Part shown: positions 20,897 through 33,143 of the stretch, in pieces
Numbering within the stretch: the stretch's first letter is position 1
Layout: each line of letters begins with the position of its first letter
From: Mustelus asterias
Taxonomy: Eukaryota
Length of the DNA stretch: 64,000 nucleotides
Assembly (NCBI RefSeq): GCF_964213995.1
Contig: NW_027591794.1
Coordinates: 1-64,000 of the forward strand
Reading direction: 5' to 3'
Notes under the pieces: generated by a model
Told to the model about the DNA's origin: nothing
What the model saw: only the letters and a program-made list of their open reading frames with translations
Database searches by the model: none
Translations under genes and position numbers: made by a program

Positions 20897-22921
20897 ATGG
20901 AGAAACCATGGAAATGTGCGGACTGTTGGAAGGGATACGGAACCCCATCAGAGCTGGAAACTCATCGGCGCAGCCACACTGGAGAGAGGCCGTTCATCTG
21001 CTCTCCGTGTGGGAAGGGATTCAGTCAGGTTTCCAGCCTGCAGAGACACCAGCGAGTTCACACTGGAGAGAGGCCATTCACCTGCTCTCAGTGTGGGGAG
21101 GGATTCACTCAGTCATCTCACCTGCAGACACACCAGCGAGTTCACACTGGAGAGAGGCCATTTACCTGCTCTCAGTGTGGGAAGGGATTCACTCGGTTAT
21201 CCAGCCTGCAGATACACCAGCGAGTTCACACTGGAGAGAGGCCGTTCACCTGCTCTCAGTGTGGGAAGGAATTCACTCATTTATCCAGCCTGCAGTCACA
21301 CCAGCGAGTTCACACTGGAGAGAGGCCATTCACCTGCTCGCAGTGTGGGAAGGGATTCACTCAGTCATCCCACCTGCAGACGCACCAGCGAGTTCACACT
21401 GGAGAGAGGCCATTCACCTGCTCGCAGTGTGGGAAGGGATTCACTCAGTCATCCCACCTGCAGACACACCAGCGAGTTCACACTGGAGAGAGGCCATTCA
21501 CCTGCTCGCAGTGTGGGAAGGGATTCACTCAGTCATCCAGCCTGCTGACACACCAGCGAGTTCACACCGGGGAGAGACCATTCACCTGCTCTCAATGTGG
21601 GAAGGGATTTACTCAGTTATCCCACCTGCAGACACACCAGCGAGTTCACACTGGGGAGAGGCCATTCACCTGCTCTCAATGTGGGAAGGGATTCACTCAT
21701 TTATCCAGCCTGCGGACACACCAGCGAGTTCACACTGGGGAGAGACCATTCACCTGCTCTCAGTGTGGGGAGGGATTCACTCAGTCATCCACCCTGCAGA
21801 AACACCAGCGAGTTCACACTGGGGAGAGGCCATTTACCTGCTCTCAGTGTGGGAAGGGATTCATTCAGTTATCCAGCCTCCAGAGACACCAGCGAGTTCA
21901 CACTGGGGAGAGGCCATTCACCTGCTCTCAGTGTGGGAAGGGATTCACTCAGGTATCCAACCTGCGGGCACACCAGCGAGTTCACACTGGGGAGAGGCCA
22001 TTCACCTGCTCTCAGTGTGGGAAGGGATTTACTCAGTTATCCAACCTGCAGACACACCAGCGAGTTCACACTGGGGAGAGGCCGTTCACCTGCTCTCAGT
22101 GTGGGAAGGGATTCACTCGGTCATCCGACCTGCAGGCACACCAGCGAGTTCACACTGGGGAGAGACCCCCATTCACCTGCTCTCAGTGTGGGAAGGGATT
22201 CACTCGGCCATCCAATCTGCAGACACACCAGCGAGTTCACACTGGGGAGAGACCGTTCACCTGCTCTCAGTGTAGAAAGGGATTCACTCTGTCATCCCAC
22301 CTGCAGACACACCAGCGAGTTCACACTGGGGAGAAATCCCCATTCACCTGCTCTCAGTGTGGGAAGGGATTCACTCGGTCATCCAATCTGCAGACACACC
22401 AGCGAGTTCACACTGGGGAGAGGCCATTCACCTGCTCTCAGTGTGGAAACGGATTCACTCAGTTATCCAGCCTGCGGTCACACCAGCGAGTTCACACTGG
22501 GGAGAGGCCGTTCACCTGCTCTCAGTGTGGGAAGGGATTCACTCGGTCATCCGACCTGCGGGCACACCAGCGAGTTCACACTGGAGAGAGGCCATTCATC
22601 TGCTCTCAGTGTGGGCAGGGATTCACTCAGTTATCCAGCCTGCGGACACACCAGCGAGTTCACACTGGGGAGAGGCCGTTTACCTGCTGTGTGTGTGGGA
22701 AGGGATTCACTCAGCTATCCAACCTGCAAACACACAAGCGAGTTCACACAGGGGAGACGCCGTTCACCTGCTCTCAGTGTGGGCAAGAATTCACTCAGTC
22801 AGCCGACCTGCAGAGACACCAGCGAGTTCACACTGGGGAGAGGCCGTTCACCTGCTCTGTATGTGGGAAGGGATTCAGAGTTTCATCCGAGCTGCTGAGA
22901 CACCAGCAAGTTCATGAGTGA
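20897..22921 (+). CDS. ZNF-B: intact tandem C2H2 protein, 24 fingers, no KRAB/SCAN/BTB seen
   Basis: accATGg start MEKPWKC; 84-bp repeats with HTGERPF linkers; acceptor ttttacag ~20546. Confidence 0.93.
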   Translation: MEKPWKCADCWKGYGTPSELETHRRSHTGERPFICSPCGKGFSQVSSLQRHQRVHTGERPFTCSQCGEGFTQSSHLQTHQRVHTGERPFTCSQCGKGFTRLSSLQIHQRVHTGERPFTCSQCGKEFTHLSSLQSHQRVHTGERPFTCSQCGKGFTQSSHLQTHQRVHTGERPFTCSQCGKGFTQSSHLQTHQRVHTGERPFTCSQCGKGFTQSSSLLTHQRVHTGERPFTCSQCGKGFTQLSHLQTHQRVHTGERPFTCSQCGKGFTHLSSLRTHQRVHTGERPFTCSQCGEGFTQSSTLQKHQRVHTGERPFTCSQCGKGFIQLSSLQRHQRVHTGERPFTCSQCGKGFTQVSNLRAHQRVHTGERPFTCSQCGKGFTQLSNLQTHQRVHTGERPFTCSQCGKGFTRSSDLQAHQRVHTGERPPFTCSQCGKGFTRPSNLQTHQRVHTGERPFTCSQCRKGFTLSSHLQTHQRVHTGEKSPFTCSQCGKGFTRSSNLQTHQRVHTGERPFTCSQCGNGFTQLSSLRSHQRVHTGERPFTCSQCGKGFTRSSDLRAHQRVHTGERPFICSQCGQGFTQLSSLRTHQRVHTGERPFTCCVCGKGFTQLSNLQTHKRVHTGETPFTCSQCGQEFTQSADLQRHQRVHTGERPFTCSVCGKGFRVSSELLRHQQVHE

Positions 22922-23169
22922 TGACAGGGGTTGGATTCTGCTGTTATTGTTTCTGCTCTCAGTTGCCTCCAGGACTGCATTTTGTTCATTCTCACAGTTG
23001 GTCAATGGGAAGGGTCAGAGGGTTTCTTTGTGCTGGACTGGCTGGTCTCAGCCTCCAGTGGCCTGATGCTCTTTGAGTCTTTTTGCGAATAGCTGGTTTC
23101 AAATGTCATAAGGATCACAGAGTGACAGGGTGTCAGGAAGTTTAGAGATATTTAGTCAGAAGAAAACAG

Positions 23170-24224
23170 AAGTTGGCAGTGCAAAGGTACATTTCTGAAT
23201 GGAGGGCTGTGACAAGTGACATTCCTCAGGGATCAGTGCTGGGACTTTTGCTGTTTGTAATATATATAAATGATTTGGAGGAAAATGTAACTGGTTTGAT
23301 TGGTAAGTTTGTGGACGACACAAAGGTTGGTGGAATTGCAGATAGCAATGGGGACCGGCAGAGGATACAGCAGGATATAGATCAGTTGGAGACTTGGGCG
23401 GAGAGATGGCAGATGAAGTTTAATCCGGACAAATGTGAGGTAATGCATTTTGGAAGGTCTAATACAGATGGGAAATATACAGTAAATGCAGAACCCTTAA
23501 GAGTATTCATAGGTAGAGGGATCTGGGTGTACAGGTGCACAGGTTATTGAAAGTGGCAATGAGGTGGAGAAGATAATCAAGAAGGCATATGGCATGCTTG
23601 CCTTCATCGGCCGGGGCATTGAGTTTAAAAATTGGCAAGTCATGTTGCAGCTTTATTGAACCTTAGTTAGACCGCACTTGGAACCTCGTGTTCAATTCTG
23701 GTCACCACACTACCAGAAGGAAGTGGGGGCTTTGGAGAGGGTACGGAAAAGATTTACCAGGATGTTGCCTGGTGTGGAGGGCATTAGCTATGAGGAGAGG
23801 TTGGAGAAACTTGGTTTGTTCTCACTGGAGCAATGGAGGTTGAGGGGCGACCTGATAGAAGTCTCCAAGATTCTGAGGGTCATGGACAGAGTGGATAATC
23901 AGAAGCTTTTTCCCAGGGTGGAAGAGTCAATTACTAGGGAGACAGGTTTAAGGTGCGAGGGGCAAGGTTTAAAGGAGATGTACAAGGCAGGTTTTTTACA
24001 CAGAGGGTGGTGGGTGCCTGGAACTCGTTGCCGGGGAAGGTAGTGGAAGCAGATACGATAGTGACTTTTAAGATGTGTCTTGACAAATATATGAATAGCA
24101 TAGGAACAGAGGGATATGGTCCCCGGAAAGGTAGGGGGTTTTAGTTCAGACGGGCAGCATGGTTGCTACAGGCTTGGAGGGCCAAAGAGCTTGTTTCTGT
24201 GCTGTAATTTTCTTTGTTCTGTTT
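23170..24224 (+). mobile_element. CR1 (HER1-like) LINE 3' part, decayed
   Basis: IPQGSVLG, KFVDDTK, VQFWSPHY, WNSLP in several frames; 3' tail present. Confidence 0.9.
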
Positions 24225-24259
24225 GGAACATCCCAGATGTCCATCCAATTTCCTTTTTA

Positions 24260-24540
24260 ATTGTTTATTTTCTCCACTTCCTCCACCCTCGTAGGCAGCG
24301 AGTTTCAGGTCATTACCATTCGCTGCATCAGAATATTCTTCCTCACATCCCCCCCCCGCCCCGCCCCGTCCCTTGCATCTCTGACCCAAAACAAGAAATC
24401 TGTGTCCCCCTCGTCCTTGTCCCATCAGCTAATAGGAACAGCTTTTCTTTGTCCACCTTATCTAAACCTGTCAGAATCTTGTCCACCTCTATCAAATCTC
24501 CCCTCAACCTCCTTTGCTCCAAGGAGAACAACCCCAGCCT
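24260..24540 (-). mobile_element. Older CR1 fragment
   Basis: LGLFSLEQRRLRGDLIEV. Confidence 0.75.
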
Positions 24541-24740
24541 GACATTGACAATAAAGAACAAACTAACAGAATATGTTACTGTCTGAAATCAAATGGGAAT
24601 GTTTAACTTCTGTTTTAAAGATATTGTGAATATATTGTCCTGGATAATAAAGGAATTGGAATAACTCACCTTGGGTGTGGTTGAATGAAATATATCAATC
24701 TGATATCCACCTACAGTCTAGTGAAAGTCTGGAATATGTA

Positions 24741-26252
24741 CAAAGAACAATACAGCACAGGAACAGGCCCTTCGGCCCTCCAAGCCTGCACTGATCATGC
24801 GCTCCTAACTGGACCATCCGTTTGTATCCCTCTATTCCCAGTCTGTTCATGTGGCTATCGAGATAAGTCTGAAATGATCCTAGCATGTCTGCCTCAACCA
24901 CCTTGCTTGGTAGTGCATTCCAGGCCCCCACCACCCTCTGTGTAAAATACGTCCCCCGCATATCTGTACTGAACCTTGCCCCCCTTACCTTGAACTTGTG
25001 ACCCCTTGTGTTTGTCATTTCTGACCTGGGAAAAAGCTTCCAACTGTTCACCCTATCTATGCCCTTCATAATTTTATAAACTTCTATTAGACCGCCCCTC
25101 AACCTCTGTCTTTCCAGGGAGAACAACCCTAGTTTACTCAATCTCTCCTCATAGCTAATACCCTCCATACCAGGCAACATCCTGGTAAACCTTTTCTGCA
25201 CACTCTCCAAAGCCTCCACGTCCTTCTGGTCGTGTGGCGACTGGAACTGGACGCAGTATTCCAAATGTGGCCGAACCAATGTTCTATATAACTGCAACAT
25301 CATGTGCCAACTTTTATACTCTATGCCCCATCCAATAATAGCAAGCATGCCATATGCCTTCTTCACCCCCCTTTCCACCTGTGTTGCCACCTTTAAGGTT
25401 CTGTGGACTTGCACATCGAGATCCCTCTGCGTGTCTATACTCCTGATGGTTCTGCCATTTATTGTATAGCTCCCCCTGCATTAGATCTACTAAAATGCAT
25501 CACTTCGCATTTATCTCGATTAAATTCCATCTGCCATTTCTCCGTCCAATTTTCCAGCCTATCTACATCCTGATGAATTCTCTGACAATGTTCATCACTA
25601 TCCGCAACTCCAGCAATCTTTGTGTCGTCCGCAAACTTACTAATCAGACCTGCTACATCTTCTTCCAAATCATTTATATATATCACAAACAGCAGAGGTC
25701 CCAGTACACAGCCCTGTGGAACACCACTAGTCACAGACCTCCAATCAGAAAAAGACCCCTCCACTGCTACCCTCTGTCTTCTATGGCCAAGCCAGTTCTG
25801 TACCCATCTCGCTAGTTTGCCTTTGATCCCGTGAGATTTAACCTTTTGCACCAGCCTGCCATGAGGGACCTTGTCAAATGCTTTACTAAAATCCATGCAG
25901 ACGACATCCACGGCCCTTCCCTCGTCAGTCCTTTTTGTCACCTCCTCAAAAATCTCAACCAAATTTGTGAGGCATGACCTCCCTCGCACAAAACCATGTT
26001 GTCTATCGCTAATGAGATTATTCAGTTCTAAATGTGTACAGATCCTATCTCTAAGAATCTTCTCCAACAATTTCCCTACCACGGACGTCAAGCTCATTGG
26101 CCTATAATTACCCGGGTTATCCTTGCTACCCTTCTTAAATAACGGGACCACATTTGCTATTCTCCAATCCTCTGGGACCTCACCTGTGTCCAATGAAGAA
26201 ACAAAGATTTCTGTTAGAGGCCCAGCAATTTCATCTCTTGTCTCTCTCAGTA
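24741..26252 (-). mobile_element. CR1 LINE 3' half with one frameshift
   Basis: ORFs 25459-26277 and 24695-25414 carry RT motifs DFSKAFDKVPH, GVPQG, KFADDTK. Confidence 0.92.
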
Positions 26253-26369
26253 ACTGGAAGTCCCTTCCTAACAGCACTGTGGGTGTACGTACACCTTAGG
26301 CATTGCAACAGTTCAAGAAGGCACCCTTGGGGTTGACCATGGCCAAGGCAGCTACATACAGCCACATAT

Positions 26370-27845
26370 TCTGTTATAATTGAAGGACTGCAGATTGAAT
26401 GTGAGGCATTGTGGGACTGGACTATCTTGACCATATTCCTGTGACTGCCCGGAAATTCATGTGTCTGTTTTAGTTTATAATTGAGGATTTCTGGGAATAA
26501 GTTAATTGTGGAAATATTAAGCATAGCCTGGAGGAATTTGGAATAACTGAGAGTTTTATCCCCAGATAAAGAACAAAGATTTTGCTGGTGGTAATGTGTT
26601 TGGGATTTTAAATCACCAAAGACAAGATGTTGCCTCTAAAATCAGTCATTGTAGGTTAGCTTAAAAAAGGTGAAGTTATCATGAAGGATCTTGGATCTTA
26701 TTTTAATCAAGGAGTTGTGAGCTTGTAGTGCTCTGTCGCTTTAAGAAGCTCCAGCTGCGAGAGAGAATGCTGAGGATTCATTGTTTGAAATTTATGAGCT
26801 GTGAGAATCTGCGTGTTTTGTTTGTTTTATGTGGATGTTTGTAGATGTGTTTTATCATTGTTTTGGGCTACATTTGTTCAGGTTTATCTTTCTGGAGAAT
26901 TAACCTTACCGTGAGTCTTTAATTAAAGGCATTTTTGGAAGTTTAAAAACAGGATCACAAGAATGCTTAAGTAATTAATTTTGGTTATTGTTGTTGTAAA
27001 GCACATGTTAAGTTTCTCTGTGTGTGGATGATATTTGTGGGATGAACGCTTCAAGCTTTGAGGTTTTCTGTCTGTGATTTAAATCAAACAGATTTTTAAA
27101 AAAGGAAGTGTGATCAATAAAACCTTTTTTTGTTCAGAAGTTATGAACCTGGAGCCATATTTACTGGCCAGAGACAGGATTCCAGTATATTTTACTAAAC
27201 ATGTGGGAATTTTAATCCAGATACAATTCACCCATGTGAGAATGAGAGTTTTAATTTGTAATGATTATTTAAAATTTGACACATGTGAAATGATTCTGAC
27301 CAATCCTGTGTTGGATTGATCTTGGGTTAAACTTCCTGTCAGGTCCAAAGATTTATTCCTGACGCAAGTAACACAAAGAAAAGGAAAATTCTGGAATTGG
27401 ATACTGAAGAAAAGAGTTTAAAAAGAGAGATTATTAAATAGAAATGTTGCCAGACCACGTGGTCATTAGATTAAAACAAAGGAAGAGTGCTGACGTCCAT
27501 TTGAGAACTTTTAATCCACCCCATTTCTAACTAAGGGAGTCTATGTACAAAGAAAGCCCAAGAAAGACCCCCCCAAGGGGGGTCTGGAAAGCATCATGAT
27601 GGGGGCACCTGTCCATGAGATGATCACAAAGCCCCATAATGCCCAGATACTAATTTTATTGAACCTATAATGTATGTAATCTATCACCATTCTGATTGGA
27701 TCGTGTCCAGCCGGGATGGGCTGAGTAACTGGATAAGAATTGATGATATTCTGTGTTGGGTGGAGTTGCACATGGTCAGCCCCTGTGGCTTCTCCTCGCT
27801 GGCGTAACTCAATAAACTGTTTGTCGATTGAATCAGGCACAACAC
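26370..27845 (+). mobile_element. LTR-like non-coding sequence (possibly two nested LTR pieces)
   Basis: gattgg box, AATAAA at ~27121 and ~27811, ends caaca immediately before the Gypsy integrase; no ORF. Confidence 0.35.
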
Positions 27846-27849
27846 ACTG

Positions 27850-29330
27850 GGTACATTACCACTTCATCCTTGGGAGTGGCCTGATCGGCCGTGGTCCAGA
27901 CTAAATGTGGCCTTTGGGGGGGCCTTTCATGAATCACATGTGTTTGGTCGTTGTAAATGTGCATTCAAAATGGTTGGAAGCACAGATCATGAGTAATATT
28001 CCAGCTCCTGTGACAATAGAGAAGCTCTGTCAAATTTTCACAAGCCCTGGGTTACCAGATTGGCTTGTTTCAGATAACGACACTCTGTTAATAAGTGAGG
28101 TGTTTCAGGAATTCCTGTAAAGGAATGGTCTACGCCATGTGCGTACTGCACCGTTTCGTCTGGCTACAAATGGTCTGCATGATGTGGAGATGCCGGCGTC
28201 GGACTGGGGTAAACACAGTAAGAGTTTTAACAACACCAGGTTAAAGTCCAACAGGTTTATTTCTTCGCAAATGCATTTGTTCGCTCGTGGCATTTGCTAA
28301 CAAATAAACCTGTTGGACTTTAACCTGGTGTTGTTAAACTTCTTACTGTACAAATGGGCGAGCAGAAAGAGCTGTTCAAACTCTGAAGGAGGGATTGAAG
28401 AGAATGGCAGGCGATACTTTAAGAACAAGCTCTCAAGATTTTTGTTCCAGTTTCGCATCACACCACAAGCCACAACCGGACTCTCTCCTGCGGAATTTTT
28501 AGGTAGAAGGTTCAAGTCTCATCTGGATCTGCTTCATCCAGATCTCAGAGCAAAAGTGAGCAGGAGACAAGAGAAGCAGAAGGAGGGACACGACTACCAC
28601 GCCAAAGAGAGGCAGTTCAAACCGGGTGATCAGGTTTACATCAGAAACTTTGGGAGTAACCAAAGGTGGTTACCGGGAATAATTTTAAACCAAAGTGGTC
28701 CAGTATCTTGGGTGGTGAGACTGTAAAACGGAAGAGTTGTTCGCAGACACCAAGACCATATTCGCTTGCGGTGTGACCCTGAGTCAGGAACAGTTTCAGA
28801 GTCAGCAACCATTACTGAGAACATGGCAGAGGGTCATGCTGCTGTGGATGTTCACCAGGAAATGGGTCCAGCTTTGCCAGTTGACTCTGCTGTGGGAGTG
28901 GAAGAGGAATGTTCATGTACAGATTCTCAAACTCCCTCTTCACCTCCCATTCCAGAAACACCATTACAAGATTTACCAGTGGTATTGTACAGGTCGCAAT
29001 GCAACCACAAAGCTCCTGACAGACTTCCGTATTGTTAAAGACATTACTTTGTTGTATTTCTGTCCTGATGGGGGATTGAAATTTAAGGGGAGGAGAAGTG
29101 TTACAGAGTGATCTTCTCAACCTCTCTCCCTTCTGTGCACGTGCGGACTTTGGGTGGGGTTTCAGTCTGCAAGTCCAGGCTGGTTCCAATGCTCCTGTTC
29201 CCTTTTGTTTACCACTGTTTTTTAAACTTTGTCTTTAATTTATATAAAGAACATCCTGCTTTTAACAATGCATTTGACTACCTTATTTGTGGACTGAAGT
29301 TCCCACAATTGTAAAACAGCCAGATTAGTT
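27850..29330 (+). mobile_element. Gypsy LTR retrotransposon 3' part (integrase, polypurine tract, start of 3' LTR at 29099)
   Basis: LHPWEWPDRPWSR, GPFMNHMCLVVVNVHSKWLE, LVSDN, RITPQATTGLSPAEFLGRR, RNFG..WLPGII; aaggggaggagaag followed by tgttac. Confidence 0.88.
28179..28349. mobile_element. Penelope terminal inverted-repeat insertion inside the Gypsy integrase
   Basis: Inverted arms ~28217-28261 and ~28302-28349; tacaaatgg duplicated on both sides. Confidence 0.8.
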
Positions 29331-29532
29331 AAATGGACAGCTTGAACTGTAAAACAATTAAAGAATAAATGATTCATTAATACAGATGTTAGGCTAGAAA
29401 TGTAAATTTGAACACAAAAGTTCTTAACTTTTAGAATTATAAACATAATAAGAATGGTTAAAATGCTGTGGGAATTATAAGATATTGCCTTCTGATGCCA
29501 ACAGAATGGAAAAAACATAACAAGACTTGTTA

Positions 29533-29990
29533 GGGTGGCCCGGTGGCACACTGGTTAGCACTGCTGCCTCAGCGCCAGGGACCTGGGTTTGATTCCCGGC
29601 TTGGGTGACTCTGTGGACTTTGCACGTTGTTCCCGTGTCTGCCGGGTTTTCTTCCGGGTGCTCTGGTTTCCTCCCACAGTCCAAAAGATGTGCTGGTTAG
29701 GTGCATTGACCATGCTAAATTCTCCCTCAGTGTAACCCAAACAGATGCCAGAGTGTGGTGACTCGGGGATTTTCCCCGGAACTTCATTTATTAGTGTCAC
29801 AAGTCGGCTTACATTAACACTGCATTGAAGTTACTCTGAAAACCAGCATGTCTTTCGGACTGTGGGAGGAAACCGGAGCACCCGAAGGAAACCCACGCAG
29901 ACACGGGGAGAATGTGCATACTGTGACCCAAGCCGGGAGTCGAACCCAGGTCCCTGGCGCTGTGAGGCAGCAGCGCAAACCACTGTGCCC
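29533..29990. mobile_element. Two tail-to-tail HE1-like SINEs
   Basis: Plus copy 29533-~29790 and minus copy ~29790-29990. Confidence 0.8.
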
Positions 29991-30569
29991 TACAGAGAGG
30001 TGTTGGGAGCTGTTGATTTTACAAGTTATCCATGGTTTCGGAGCCATCACTTCATGTCCTGGTCTGAAAAGGATAGAGAGAAATCTGTTCATAAGATCTT
30101 GGAGCAGAATTAGGCCATTCGGCCCATCGAATCATTCGATCATGGCTGATATGCTCCTCATCCCTAGTTCCTGCTTCTCCCCATAACATTTCATAAGTTC
30201 ATACATTCAATTGTTAAAGCTGAGCTTTCTCCTTTTACTGTTAATCGATACTTTCCTTTTTTATCTTTCTAACTTGTTACATTTTTAATGGTTAATAAAC
30301 TTCCTGAATTCACCATTTAAAGTATTCTTTCGAGCCACATGGTTAAGTCACTGGAACCTGGTGTGATTTACAGTTATGGAGTTATTGTAAACAAGAGAAT
30401 CTCATAAGTCTTAGTTCAAATAAATCACCATTCTCACAAATGGAATGCTATCCTTTATTACGAGAGAAATTGAACATTGAAGTAAAGATGTTCTGCTTCA
30501 GTTATACAGGGCGTTGCTGAAACTGCATCTTGAACACCGGGTGCAGTTTTGTCTCCAATTAAACAAAGG

Positions 30570-30888
30570 ATCGTAGGATCCCTGCAGTACAGACAGAGGC
30601 CGTTCTGTCCATTGAGTCTGTACCAAACAGCATCCCACCCAGGCCCTATTCCCATAACCCCACACATTTACCCTGCTAATCCCCCTGACACAAGAGTCAA
30701 TTTAGCATAGCCAATCCACCTAACCCGCACATCTTTGGACTGTGGGAGGAAACCGGAGCACCCGGATGAAACCCACACAGACATGGGGAGAACGTGCAAA
30801 CTCCACACAGACAGTGACCCAGGCTGGAATTGAACCTGGGTCCCTGGTGTTATGATGCAGCAGTGCTAACCACTGTGCTGCCGTGCTG
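30570..30888 (-). mobile_element. HE1 SINE nested in a short CR1 fragment (30480-30945)
   Basis: Complete head, core and tail. Confidence 0.85.
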
Positions 30889-31303
30889 TCCCATTTTATA
30901 AATACCATGGAAGCAGTTCAGAGGAGGTTTCCTAGATCGATTCCCAATCCAGCAGTGTGAAATGTTAACTCTGTTTCTCTCTCCACAGATGCTGCCAGAC
31001 CTGCTGCGTTTTTCCAGTTCTTTCTGTATTTATTTCAGATCTACCTGTAGTGGGGGGAAAAACACTATTTACTATCCAGGATAAAATAAATGTCCTTCAT
31101 CAGCTTTTGTGGATCATTTCAGTGGAAATGTGCTCTCCCAGGCTCAAAGAGCATCAGCCCACTGGAAGCAAAGTCGAGCGATCGGCCAGTCCAGCAGAAA
31201 GAATCTCTCCTACCCTTCCACTTCACCAACTATAAGAATAAACATGGTTCAGTCCTGAATGTGATTAATGGCAGGAATAACAGCAGAATCCAACCCGTCA
31301 TCA

Positions 31304-31396
<93 letters not shown>

Positions 31397-32143
31397 TCAC
31401 TGGTGTTGCCGCAGGTGGGATGATGTTCTAAATCTCTTTGTGCAGTGAGAGCAGCTGAACGGTCTCTCCTCAGTGTGAATGCGCTGGTGAATCATCAGTT
31501 CCCGAGAGCTTTTGAAACCACTTCCACAGTCAGAACATTTAAAGGGTCTCTCATTGGTGTGAGTGAGATTGTGGTTCAGCAGGCTGGATGACTGAGTGAA
31601 TCCCTTCCCACACACAGAGCAGGTGAACGGTCTCTCCCCAGTGTGAATTCGCTGGTGTATCCGCAGGTGGGATGATGTTCTAAATCTCTTTGAGCAGTGA
31701 GAGCAGCTGAATGGTCTCTCCCCAGTGTGAATGCGCTGGTGAATCATCAGTTCCCGAGAGCTTTTGAAATCACGCCCACAGTCAGAGCATTTAAAGGGTC
31801 TCTCATTGCTGTGAGTGACTTTGTGTTTTGACAGATTGGATAACTGCATAAATCCTTTCCCACACACCAAGCAGATGAATGGTCTCTCTCCAGTGTGAAC
31901 GCGCTGGTGTTTCTGCAGATCGGGTAAATGAGCGAATCCGTTCCCACACTCAAAGCACATGAACGCTCTTTCTCCAGTGTGAACCAGCCGATGTCGCTGC
32001 AGATGATATAACCGAGTGAATCTCTGCCCACACACAGAGCAGATGAATGGCCTCTCCCCAGTGTGAATACGTCGATGAATTTCCAGGTCACAGGGGGCTC
32101 TGTATCTCTTCCCACAGTCCCCACATTTCCACGGTTTCTCCAT
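31397..32143 (-). CDS. ZNF-C: C2H2 protein, 8 complete fingers, cut by a premature TGA in finger 9
   Basis: accATGg at 32143 (MEKPWKC); stop cag-TGA-gtt where paralogues have cag-CGA-gtt; one more finger and the family stop/3'UTR follow (~31300). Confidence 0.88.
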   Translation of the reverse strand: MEKPWKCGDCGKRYRAPCDLEIHRRIHTGERPFICSVCGQRFTRLYHLQRHRLVHTGERAFMCFECGNGFAHLPDLQKHQRVHTGERPFICLVCGKGFMQLSNLSKHKVTHSNERPFKCSDCGRDFKSSRELMIHQRIHTGERPFSCSHCSKRFRTSSHLRIHQRIHTGERPFTCSVCGKGFTQSSSLLNHNLTHTNERPFKCSDCGSGFKSSRELMIHQRIHTEERPFSCSHCTKRFRTSSHLRQHQ

Positions 32144-32958
32144 GGTGCGGGTGTCCTTGTGACTCTCCAGGTTAAACAATCAGTTAAATCTCACACAGAA
32201 TGTGGGTACAGTCTCTCCCTGCTGTGAATGCTGCGATGTATTTTCAGGCTGTGTAACTGGTTAAAGCTCTTTCCACACTCAGTTCACTGGAACACTCTCA
32301 CTCGGGTGTATCTGTGCCTTGGTACTTTTCCAGTCACATTGATATTAAAGGCCCGTTGATGCAGACAGAACAGGGAAACATTTCTCCTTCTAGATTCAAA
32401 GGCCGATAATATTCAGGTCCGGATGAATTGAGTGAGGGTGTCGGATGCTGATGTGATGTTTGTTTCAAGATTTTGGTCTGTCAATCCTCACCTCCTCATA
32501 TCCTGAAACGAGTTTGAAAAATTCATCAATGTCAGCACAGGATAGAAATTCAGAACAGACAATTCCAGTTTCTATGGAACATTCTTCCTCTCTCATTCCC
32601 CAAAAGCTGTAAATCTCCATCCCACACACTCTCCCTCCATTCTCACTCTGCTGTATCTAATATTCACCCTCCCAATTCTCCTGAAGGTGCTGATTGAGGC
32701 TGATTGACAGATCCATGCTCACTGCTTCCTGCCCTGGACACAGAGAGCTGGAAATCTCCATGCAGGCTGCCAGACAGATATATGTCTATCTGACTGGACT
32801 AACAATGTGTGGAATGTACAGACTGGATTCACTTCCTTTCCCTTCAGTTGCTGCAAGTCCCCAATTTTCCCCAGAATGAGAAAATAAATGGAAAGGGGGA
32901 GAAAAGAAAGTGTTTTACTCACAGATGTTGGCCTCTTTTAAGGTAAAAGAAGTGGCTT

Positions 32959-33029
32959 TGCCTTGTTCGGGAATCGAACCCAGGCCTCCCGCATGACAGG
33001 CAAGAATTCTACCACTGAACCACCAATGC
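32959..33029 (-). tRNA. tRNA-Gly(GCC)-derived pseudogene with anticodon changed to GTC
   Basis: gcattggtggttcagtggtagaattcttgcctGTCatgcgggaggcctgggttcgattcccgaacaaggca; A and B boxes intact, two acceptor-stem mismatches and a T-stem mismatch; ttctttt downstream. Confidence 0.88.
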
Positions 33030-33143
33030 ACAGGGCAGAGAAAACTGCTCAGTTCTTTCAACCAGTGCTTTCACATGCAAAGAAATGTTGATGATTTGCA
33101 GCAGCAAATTCAATGCTGCTAACACACACAACAACACTGTTGG

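Noticed and set aside
20841-22917. Long alternative-frame ORFs (455 aa, 433 aa and others) overlapping ZNF-B; similar ones over ZNF-A and ZNF-D
   Set aside because: Expected by-product of near-identical 84-bp finger repeats that lack stops in shifted frames; no independent support
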